Source: Lepidodermella squamata
Lineage: Eukaryota > Animalia > Gastrotricha
Assembly: GCA_047495785.1 (NCBI GenBank)
Contig: JBLDXI010000042.1
Span: 3,038,001-3,102,000, forward strand
Reading direction: 5' to 3'
DNA: 64,000 nucleotides
Every line of letters starts with the position of its first letter. The first letter of the stretch is position 1. Below the pieces are notes generated by a model. It had not been told where the DNA came from. It saw nothing but the letters and a program-made list of their open reading frames with translations, and made no database searches. Both the position numbers and the translations under genes were made by a program. Shown here piece after piece: positions 24,840 through 35,100 of the stretch.

Positions 24840-24986
24840 TCAAGTTGCAGTCCTGCATAAACGATCGGAACTATCGGCAGAATTATTCGACCATCTTCGC
24901 AGCGTTTTTAAATAAGGCAAGTTCTTGGCGTAGACAATGATATCGATCACCAAGTTGATGAAACGATTGAAAACAGAAGCCGGCAT
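24840..24986 (-). CDS. Microprotein S5 (48 aa), orphan family
   Basis: MPASVFNRFINLVIDIIVYAKNLPYLKTLRRWSNNSADSSDRLCRTAT*. Confidence 0.8.
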   Translation of the reverse strand: MPASVFNRFINLVIDIIVYAKNLPYLKTLRRWSNNSADSSDRLCRTAT

Positions 24987-25773
24987 CGTTCACCACTGAA
25001 CAGGTTTAAGATAGAGGGCCTTTTAGCCTTTACGACAATAAATATATGTATAGGTATACACCGTTTTTCCGGACCCGTTTATCGCATTATACCCCGTACA
25101 TACAGCCATCACTAACTATAGCTGCCCTTCAAAAATTATGACGACCGATGAAATTTCTATCAGTAGCTCCTACGCATCGTTCTAGCCAGAAAAGCTGCTG
25201 ATTACATTTGGGTTCAGAGCTCCATCGAAATTGACAGACGGACACAGACATGAATAGCAAAAAAACGTGTCGCATTGTTTTCGTGTCGGAACTATTGGAT
25301 CATGAAGCTCCAAGTATTACTCGAAATACACCTTTCGAGGTCTATGAAACCATAATTTTATGAACACGCACGAATATAGTTTGAGTACAATTTGTCACTC
25401 GGCGATGGCAACTCTTCGACATGTTCAGGAATGCGACATTTTTGCATCTATGCCTCCTCATTTTGCGACACTTTGCGACGTATCGTTATATTAAGGAAAA
25501 ATACAATTAAAAAGGGAATTTTCTCCCCTGCGCTCGGACACATCACGGACCCAGGAGAATAACAATGTTATCTTATCATTGGAAGGACGAGTTTCAGATG
25601 GCAGGTGAAACCCGCTAATTTGTTTTACAGATAAATACAAATGAGGGATAGGAAACATTCAGGGTGCGTTAGGATGCTAGGGTGCTGTTAGGATGCGTTA
25701 GGATGAGCTGAGTGAACAACTTCAGACACTATTAGGTACTGTGCGAAAATGCGCGCAAATATTCTGAAATTTT

Positions 25774-25823
25774 AGGAATTAGCCTGATGATGGGTACGTG
25801 GTACCCGAAACGTCGCTGAGCCT
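25774..25823 (+). ncRNA. Minimal type I hammerhead ribozyme (Penelope-LTR/retrozyme type)
   Basis: CTGATGA (25784-90) plus an extra T; stem II GGGTAC/GTACCC; GAAA (25807-10); C-GTC. Stem I TTAGC/GCTGA is extended by AGG/CCT. AATAAA at 25836. Confidence 0.8.
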
Positions 25824-26763
25824 CCACATTTTCTGAATAAAATGACTGTATGTCGCAGAATTGGTTTCTTTCATCTGAATATTTCATCTGAGTCAACATG
25901 AAAAGCCGCTACTACAACCTTAGCGGTTTCATTGACCAATAGGAGTGTTTGAAAATATTAGGGGAAAGCAAACTCTGGACTTCAATATTTAATAAGTTTG
26001 TGTTCGGTATCTCTTCATTGTGAAAGTGTTAAAAAATGTTCGTATAATTTGACACTATTTGTTAAAAATCGAAATTGAAGCGTATTTATAATGGGGGGAT
26101 CAGCTCAACATTTCGATGCTTGGAGCGAGCTTGAACGATTTTTTCCTGATTTTCTATGATTTTATTAATTATTTCGCTTTGTTTTTTTATATTACAAAAA
26201 TCTACGTCACCTGGATTCAATCCGGGATCTTTATTGACAGCACGTGAGCCACGTGCTTGTGGTGTGGCTGGATTGTGTCCGGAGCGGGATCAGAAGTCGT
26301 CCAAGCTCGCATGTTTTATTAATTGATCAATTTCATTTTTTTTGCGATTTTCCCCATTTCAAAAATCATCAAAATTTCGAAAACATAATCCACGTGTTCA
26401 TCGTTTCAAGAGCTATCTTGAACGGCTGGAAATTATAATTTGTGATTACCTAATCGTTCAAGAATAATGAGCGATCGAAAACTACCTGATTTGTTTTCAA
26501 CCAAGCGACGCTGATTCCTCACGACATCTGGCGCCCATGGCGTTTACAGGCTTAGTCTGGAGTAGGACCCTATCTTAAAACTAGCTCTATGATAAAATCC
26601 AAAATTTCCAATCATGTTTTTAGTATTTCGACAGATTAATTCAACTGTTTACTAACATCGGCAAAACTGTTGAGAGTGTTTGAGAGCTGAACTGTAAAAG
26701 ACATGGTGAAAAGGTTTCAGATTACCACATAACTGCATGATAGCGACACTGGCGCCGTTATTC

Positions 26764-29046
26764 TCACAATTGTTTCGGATACATCAAAATTAATGAAGCT
26801 GTAGTGGAGTACAAGATGAAACAAAGAGCCAGTGCAATTACTTTGGTACAGTATACCTTGCTCGCTAATATGATAAGCATTATGAAAATTATTCCCAAAA
26901 ATGTACCAGCCGCGTTGATCAAAGCTATCTTTACGATAGTAAATTCCACATTGGTCCCGCGTAACTGCTTCCGGAACGCGCGGCCAAGTGCTGAAGCCAA
27001 CCAAAGGATTTGCAGGATAAGCAAAAAACCAACCCAATATGCCCAATTTTCATAGGCGCAGACCGACTGCCAAAATTCGATATAGCTGTCTCTGTACTCG
27101 TCAAACTGTGGGTCAGAAATCGAACTGAAAACTCTCGGCTGGTTAGCCGATAGCCAGCCAGTTAGCACCGCAATGTTCGCGAGTAGGAAAAAGGTTAAAG
27201 GAGCAATATTACGTTTCCTTTCAACTTTTTCGAATGTTCGAAATTTCTTCTCTGCGCCTTCTTCCTGAACATTCAGCACCTCATCCGGAAATATTCTGGT
27301 CGTGTTTTTGCTTTTCGAGCTAGTACCCAACCTATTCCTGCGCAATTTGAGCTGCGGAAAGCAGCCCAGCAGCAGCGATAAAAAAGCGTGAAAAATTGTC
27401 ATTGAAATAGCGCAAACAGCCGGAGCGAGGGAGCACATTATTTGAATGAAATAATCGGTCCCAGCGACAAGAATCGAAGCTTCAAAGTTGAACAAAAGGA
27501 ATAATCCAAGAAGAAAGGCTCTTCGCGCTGGAGTCAAAACAACTGCATTTTTCTGTTTCTTGCAGGCAGTGACCGTCAGAATTATTTGAGCAATAGAAAG
27601 AGCGGCTGCGGACACTAAAATTCCGAAAGAGTTTCCCTCAAGACATTTGAGCTCAACATGCTCAACGCCTGACAAGTCTTTGGGAGCAAGCCCAGACTTG
27701 GTAGCCCATGTAACCCGCTGAGTGATGTTTATCCTGAAGCTCTCCAACCGATAACGCGACGATACGTTAACATTCAAAATTGGCGTTAACGAGCCAAAAA
27801 CTTCCCAATCACCTCTGCTGTTCATTTGAGAGAGATAAAAGTCTTCCGCGAAGTTTCCAGACGAGTCGTAAGTGATACGGCCAGTGCGTATACCTGCGAT
27901 GTCAGTACGCATTGCCATGCTACTGACGATATTCCCTATCAATTCAGGCTCATTTTCGAAGTCGAGCGAAGACTTGTTGTAGTTACTCCGCAATATTCTC
28001 TCTGCGTTTTCCAGAGTTGAAACCGCTGCGACTGCAGCATCGTGGCACAATTGCCTTAAGGCATAAGCAGGTGTCGTGTCGTTGACTACCATTGCAATGC
28101 TGTTGTCAAAGTCAGAAGTGGTGTAACCATATTGCCCACGAAATGAAGTAGCTGCAGTGGTTCCTATTGTGACAGAATAACTTGTCTTCAGTTGTTCTAA
28201 TATCATGCTGCCATTGCAACCAGCCGGTAACGGCAGAAGAGATTCAATAACAAGGAAACACATGGGAATGTTAATGAAGACGTAGTACGGAGCCCTCATG
28301 CCGGCCATATGGGAGAAGCAAAAGAACTTTGCGCAAAATGGGGTTGACGATATAGCAAGAGCAATAATTCTGGCGTTGCTTGACTTTATGTCCAACACTG
28401 ACTGCATGGTTATATCATATTCGTTAGCATAATGAATTACATTGACCCCAGATGACGTTGCCACCGAAAACAGTCGTTGACCTATGAGATATTCGTTAGG
28501 ATTATTGGCATTGGTTAAGATTCCGATTTCTTTCCAATTCCCAATCAATTTTACGAAAGCAAGACCTGCCATAGCTGTAAATTCTGAAGGCATTTGAACG
28601 GAGAACAAGCTTGAGTACAGGTTTCTTCGGGCAAGAATGTAAGGCCCACTGCATAACGGGGAAAACTCAGTCAAGCCGAGTTTTCGTGCTGTCAAAGCTT
28701 GTGTGTGACAAGCAATTGTCGGTCCGAAAACAACTGGCGATTTTGGATAGCCGTTGCGCATAAATTTCATTAGACCCACGTTAGCTGCAGTAGCTCCAGG
28801 ACCTTCGTCTTCTATCTGCAAGTTTAATGTATAGCCAGGGAGAACGTCGCTCCGGGAATTCACGTGGTTTATAACGAAGCGAACCGCAGCCTCGCATGCA
28901 GGGGAGGTTGTACGACCATTGATTCTAAATGGTATGAAAGCGAGAAAGCTCAACGTTGAAGGTTTCGTATTGTTATACTTCAACGGATCAGTAGCTTCTA
29001 TTGTCCAAACTGAAGCAATCAACAAAACCCAATGTACAAAATTCAT
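26764..29046 (-). CDS. GABA-B-like class C GPCR (760 aa, VFT plus 7TM), intronless
   Basis: Signal peptide; VNSRSDVLPGYTLNLQIEDE, KSSNARIIAL, FCFSHMAGMRAPYYVFI, HDAAVAA; 7TM ending YPK. Confidence 0.88.
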   Translation of the reverse strand: MNFVHWVLLIASVWTIEATDPLKYNNTKPSTLSFLAFIPFRINGRTTSPACEAAVRFVINHVNSRSDVLPGYTLNLQIEDEGPGATAANVGLMKFMRNGYPKSPVVFGPTIACHTQALTARKLGLTEFSPLCSGPYILARRNLYSSLFSVQMPSEFTAMAGLAFVKLIGNWKEIGILTNANNPNEYLIGQRLFSVATSSGVNVIHYANEYDITMQSVLDIKSSNARIIALAISSTPFCAKFFCFSHMAGMRAPYYVFINIPMCFLVIESLLPLPAGCNGSMILEQLKTSYSVTIGTTAATSFRGQYGYTTSDFDNSIAMVVNDTTPAYALRQLCHDAAVAAVSTLENAERILRSNYNKSSLDFENEPELIGNIVSSMAMRTDIAGIRTGRITYDSSGNFAEDFYLSQMNSRGDWEVFGSLTPILNVNVSSRYRLESFRINITQRVTWATKSGLAPKDLSGVEHVELKCLEGNSFGILVSAAALSIAQIILTVTACKKQKNAVVLTPARRAFLLGLFLLFNFEASILVAGTDYFIQIMCSLAPAVCAISMTIFHAFLSLLLGCFPQLKLRRNRLGTSSKSKNTTRIFPDEVLNVQEEGAEKKFRTFEKVERKRNIAPLTFFLLANIAVLTGWLSANQPRVFSSISDPQFDEYRDSYIEFWQSVCAYENWAYWVGFLLILQILWLASALGRAFRKQLRGTNVEFTIVKIALINAAGTFLGIIFIMLIILASKVYCTKVIALALCFILYSTTASLILMYPKQL

Positions 29047-29548
29047 CGCGAAATTATTGCTGATAAGTAAGCAGAAGAATCAGTCGATTTATCATGACAT
29101 TCGTGAGATCTTTCTGGAGGCGGGTTAACAAGAAATGTTTCGAAAAGATCCGGAAAGGTGACAGTTTTCGTTCGCGGTATGTGTGCAGCTAAGTGCTTTT
29201 TTGGCATTTCCTCAAACCACGCGACCCCATGTCAGTCTACACTGATACTATATGGTAAACTGTATAATGCCTAAAACGTTCATTTCATTCGTTCCGCGTG
29301 GTGATCACCACGTGAAGATCGATATATGTATTTCCGGGTTCATAGGCGCCATACGTCTACAGTAAATTAGGTTGGAGAGCTTATGTTACCCTGTTTGGAA
29401 TGTTACCGTTAAAAAGTAATGTTGGCATTCAACTTTATTTCAATTAAGAGTTTTTAAACATATTTCAGAATTAAAATTTACTTCAATGTTTTAATTGAAG
29501 AAGCCGGTATGTCATGCGCCTAAATTTTGAAGCTGAAGCTCATTGTCA

Positions 29549-30623
29549 CTACTTTTGAACGCAGAACGGATGGTTCCCTGATGTTTTGGCATAGAAGCTT
29601 CCGCGGTTCGCATTTAAGATGGACCAGTGCCCGACTTGTTGGGTAACCGCCGCGTCGCAAGGATTGCATTTGCCCTTTGAAAACAGCTGTTTAGACTCAC
29701 ACGGGCAGTAGCTCAACGAACAGGAATCTGATGCGCCCTCAAAAGAAGCTGCATAGACATATAGAGCTCGGAAGTGAGAGCATCCAAAGAAGTCTTTCGT
29801 TGGATCAACTAAAAAGTAGAAAGTTAGATGTGATTAATCGGCTTATGCTAGAAATGATTGAAAGCTTACTGTATGACTGTCGGCGTCTGCGTGTTACGCA
29901 TCCTGGCTGAATGTTCGCGTCGTTTACCCAGAAGTCAACGTGGCCAACAGCTATTTGAAGACCACACCAAGAGGTGTGGATAACATCGACGAAATCAGCA
30001 TCACCTGAGTCAACTCGGGCGGTGGCATTCTTCTTATCGAAGTTGGGATTAGCTGGGTCCAGAGCTGTGATGCGACCTAATTTCCCCTTGGTAATCGATT
30101 TGCCGAAGAAGCCGCAAACATGTGACCCAAGGGAGAAACCGATACACTGCGTGTTTTTCGGCTGGAATTTCGGATTCGCCTCCAAAAACTGCCGGATCAT
30201 CGGGCCAATAACTCGAGTGTTGCTGGCTGGCTGGGTGTACAGGTTGAGCCCGAAGCCATTCTCAGCACCTTTCTTCCAGTCGACAAACAAGAGGTCAGCA
30301 TTTGGGTGAACCTTTTCTAGTTTGCCGAAAATAGCCCGATAAGCATTGTCATCATCCGACCAATATTCATTCCAGCCGTGGGCAATAACGACAATTTGGT
30401 TCATATCGAGGTTCAAACTGCTGTTGATCAGTTGGTATTTGTTATTGCGAAACATGTAAAATTTCGGAGCGATTTTTTCCGGAGCCATCGGAAGCGGCAG
30501 GTCGTTGAAAGGGTTTTCATTCGAGAAGCAGCCGAGGTCGCCGTAGCATTGGGTCTTTGCTGCCTGAGAATAGCCAACGGCCAGTGTTGTAAGAACAACG
30601 AGGTTGAAGATATTGCAATACAT
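29549..30623 (-). CDS. Secreted pancreatic-lipase-family lipase/phospholipase A1 (exons 30623-29870, 29808-29549), no PLAT domain
   Basis: CYGDLGCFS, HGW, GFSLG (Ser), ALDPA (Asp), DADFVDVIHT, GHVDF, QPGC; exon 2 gives CSH (His) and ends FYAKTSGNHPFCVQK*. Confidence 0.92.
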
Positions 30624-31149
30624 TTTTCAATACAATAGGAAGTTCGAAATATTCTTTAGCGATGTTGTACAGTGACCGTAAGAGTGCGACTTATATAGAC
30701 AGTGTTGTCTTGGAATCAGTAGCAAACGCCGCTGAGTGCAGGCGTGAGAAAGAGGGTGCGGTAAGATTTCGACCCAATTCTCCGGGTTTTTAGACTATGA
30801 AGCGTAGCGAAAATTCTTATCGCCGTGTCTAATCGTCTTCAGTTTTCAGTTTAAGAGATAAAACATACTTCCGAGTAAGTTTGACTCCATCAGCAGACAG
30901 CATATACTCTATTCCGGAACCTTCATTTGCCAGAAATATGAGTTATGGTCCATGAGTCATGGCATTATGATCGTCCGGTAAATTTTAACCTCTATCCATG
31001 TCGACGAGTTTCTCAAGAATATTGGTTAAGTTTCTTGCACTCATTGTTCACACGAGAAATGAATCATGGGATGTGACATAGTCTCTGGCCTGCGGTAATC
31101 AATCTTTTAGCTGCTTTGAAAAACTATTCGCCATAACAGTGCCAGCGGC

Positions 31150-31900
31150 TTTACGAAGGTGACAGCTTCTCGAAAACCAGAAGATTCCCGGAAGCCAAGC
31201 CTTAGCCAAGATTTGACGTTGGTCCTTGACCTCCAGAGCTCCGTGAAGCCACAACTCGTGGTGTCCCTCCAAGCGAACGCTAGATTGAGCTTCCTTGGCT
31301 ATTGCTTCGAAGTCAAATTGACCAGTTTTAGATTCAGCAGCTTTTTCATCTCCTCGAAGTTCTTCAAAGCATTAGAATTCTGCCGTAAGAAATCAATGCA
31401 GTGATCATAACGTGCTATACGAAATAGCGAGATGGCAAATCGCTGGATTAGCTGCAGTCCAACTGCAGCCCTTTTTCGGCCTCATACAACGCAAGATCTG
31501 GTTTGCTCGAACAAGATTTGTGTGTTGTTTCGCCTTCGCCTCGTGATTCTCTTCACTCATCAATGCCAAGTTGAAGCAGAAGAAAGCCATTGCTTGATTG
31601 CCGGACTCGAAATACTTCAAACTTCCATCAATTGGGTAGTGGGGCTCGAAATTTCAATTTTTCGTCTTTAAGCAACGGATGTCGCGTATCGAGGATGATG
31701 AGATAAGCAGCAGGGTTCATGCTAACCGGATTCATCAGTTGAGTTCATCGTGAACAGCGGATGCATTAGGGCTATGGTTGTTCTCGGCAGGATTTGGGCC
31801 AGTTCTTCCGTTTTCATAGCTCCGGTTGAGTTGCGGAATGAAATTTCTTCGGCATCATAATGCCCAAAGCATTCTCGCCATCCGGATCGTCAACAAGAAC
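31150..31900 (-). pseudogene. Decayed TPR/SET-domain-type gene
   Basis: Frameshifted fragments VLVDDPDGEN, ELAQILPRTTIALMHPLF, YFESGNQAMAFFCFNLAL (TPR-like), SKTGQFDFEAIAKEA..HGALEVK and GNLLVFEK resemble TPR-to-SET linker proteins; multiple stops. Confidence 0.5.
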
Positions 31901-32141
31901 CTGAATATATCAGATTTACTAGCATTTCGAACCCTTTCGGGTTTAGGTGAAATCGCCCGGCAGAGGAGGAACTTTCCGACCTGTAAGTGGCCCATTTTTA
32001 CCAGCAGCTCATTCAAAGTTTTCGGTCAAGTTTTGCTATTTTATTGGCTTCAGGTATATAATAATACAATTTTAGGAAGATCATTTTTGGCTGAAATATT
32101 GCTGTCTTTTTGCATAAAGTTTGAGATCATTTTCCCGAATA

Positions 32142-35100
32142 TTAAACGAGAGAAATCGCGCCACTAGATCGGGCTGTCGCGGCACTTGAACGCTTCATGT
32201 CGCGATCCGATGCGAAAGCAGCCGGAGTTGGGTCTATCTCTTCCGGCTTTTCGGGCGAGTCGATTTTCACGGTGTTCGAGCCGCGGTATCGAACATTGCT
32301 GTTCGAGCTCGCACTCGCCGGCTCGGAAGCGCCATTCTGCGCCAACATCATGGCCCCGAAGCCATTGTTACCCTGCGTTGCACCTACATGATCGACAAAC
32401 TGATTCGCACGTTGCCGAACTAGGTCAGTGAGAGGCAACTGAAAATAGGGCAGATTTAATAAAAACATAAAAACATCAATAAAAAATAAAAAATTACAAT
32501 TAAAAAAAATTAAAAAAAAACAGGTGATATATATTTTTTCTAGCTACTGTAAGAACTAAAAGCTAAATCGCTAACTCATACATGTATCAAATAAAGTAGG
32601 CTTTAATTCGACTGAAAAGTCGGGCTGGAGTCTTGCTCGACTCATCTTCCTCAACTTCTGTATTTGACCTTTAAAAAATGCCTGAAAATCCGAAAGATTC
32701 ATGAAAAAAATTCTGCTATAGGAAAAATTTAAGAATAAATTAATTACATTTTGCTTCTTCGCGTCCAGCTTAGCTTTGTATAGAAATTCGCAAAGAGACG
32801 CGACCATAGCTAAGGCAAGGCCGCCGATTAGGATGTAGAAAACACCGGCAACTTTGGGCAGAGTCAGGGCGTTAGTTGCGTCTTTTCGTTGTATATCCGT
32901 GTTGTCACACTCGCCCATTTCGACCCACCAACGTTTCTCCAAGCTTTGCAGAATGCCCTTCTCGCGAAGCTCCAACACAGCCAAGTTCAAAGCGTCCCTA
33001 TAAAAATCATGAAATAATAAGAAAATTGCACAATAAATCCCAAGTAAAACAAGAAAAAACAAGAAACTCTGAAAATCAGTAGAAAATTAAAGGGGTCATG
33101 ACAAGTGCCCACCGCCCGCCCCAAATATAGGGTTCCAGACCAAATTTGAGGCTCTAGCACTGGACTTCCCCAAAATCGGGGTTTTCCGACCTTTCTAAAT
33201 TCTCGGTTTTCATTATCATGCCTCGCCGGTTCTTCTCACAAATTCGCGTATTTTGCGCTACGAGCGGTCAGTTTACTAATTACTGGGTGGCCAAAAAGAG
33301 CCGCAGGGGGCGAAGTTCATTGATTGGATTGCGCATCAATTTGATGAGTAAGAAATGGAAGAATTTCAAGCATTCTTTTGCCAATGCAACTCTTCAATTT
33401 CTTAAAACTACTCATTAAATTGATGCACAATCCAATCAATGAACTTCGCCCCCTGCGGCTCTTTTTGGCCACCCTGTATACTTCAGCCTGGAGAGCCGAT
33501 ATCGATTCTATGTATCGATTTTACAAATCAGTGATTTTTCCGATATTTGAAGTTCCGAAGTCCAGGAAGCCAACATAGAAGATTTCTGTGCCGAGCCAGA
33601 TAGCTAAAACAAAAAATTCCAGGGTCTAGAGGGCTAGTATCGATCGAGGGAAGAATAGGCCGAAATTGCGAAAAAATGGGCCAATTTTAATACAGAAACT
33701 TGAATTTAGGTTTGAAACTTCAATTTTTCTGGTGAAAATAATTAGAACCTATAAAATTCACCCCATATATTAGATCTATGGCGAAATCTTACTTCAGGTC
33801 TGATCCTTTCGGAGTGGCTATGCCGTAGCCCTTCGAGTCGAGATTGATGCCGACCTTCATCGTCTCGCATGGCTTCCTCGAATTGATGTAATCATTCATA
33901 GTCGACTCGAGAAGGAACGCGTACTTGCCATTCGATTTCCGAACCCGTTTGATGCCCTCATCAATCGACTCGGCAAACACGCTCGGCTCAGCCGAGACCA
34001 TGAAGGCCCACATTCGTTGATAGACGGAATATTTCGAGGTCTGAAAAAACTGAGCAGTCGAACCCCTGCGCAGGGTGCCGTATTTGATATCGGTTTGTTT
34101 CGCCAAATCTTCGGCTGATTCAATCGGGGTCGACATACGTTCGACAGTCAAAAAGGCGGCGAGATTGGCGGTGTAAGATGAAATGATGATCAGGGTGAAG
34201 AACCACCACACCGAGCCGACGATTCGGCCGGAGACTGACCGCGGCGATATGTCGACGTCTTGCCGCATGAATGCGCCCAGGGAGAACCATAGAGAGTTTG
34301 AAAATGTGAAATCGTTGACGAAAACTTTGCGGCGCAGAGTTTCGAGCTGTTTTACGCTTGATATCGGTCCGCAAGTGTCTACTTCGGTTATCGGGCTGTT
34401 GTGGCCGGTGGTCGCGGTTGGTGCTCCGCTTTCGTTGCATGTTATTTCGCCGGTGTCTTCACTTTGAGGAAGTGGGGCAGGCGGCGGTTGATTCTCGTCA
34501 GCTTAGAAATAAATTAGGAATAATAATTTAAGAAGTCTTGAAAAAAGAGAGGCCATAAAATCAGGAAAAAATAGGCCAGGCAGCTTAATTACCGGAATCG
34601 GGTTTTTTCGGTAAATTTCGGTTAATTCCAGTAAATTTGAAATTTTTTAGTTTAAAATGGCGGATATTGATTGGAGATTCTCCCGGTAGTTGTAATTACA
34701 GCGTGTCCCACAAGTAACGCAAGGAAATTAAATGCACGGCAAAAGGTTCAGAAATTCTAAATTGAGAGACGAAGTTACATCTCATAGTAAGAAAATGTTT
34801 GGGAAAATTCAAAAAATCACGAGAAAAGTAATCAAACATGTCACTTGTTAATGGGTTTAAAAACGTCTGGAGACATTTGGTCCAACCAGGTAGAATACCG
34901 AAAATTACCGAACCAGTTACCATCGGGGCTTTTCGGGGTTTCTTTCGGGTAATTATTTTTCTTCGGTTGAATCGCGGATAAAATATGGAATATTCTCTCG
35001 GTAGGTTTAGTGGGTGAAATGTCAACTCGTCCGCGACAAGTCATCCGGTGACAACTCATCCGCGACAACTCGTCCAGCGACAACTCATCCGAAATTAAAT

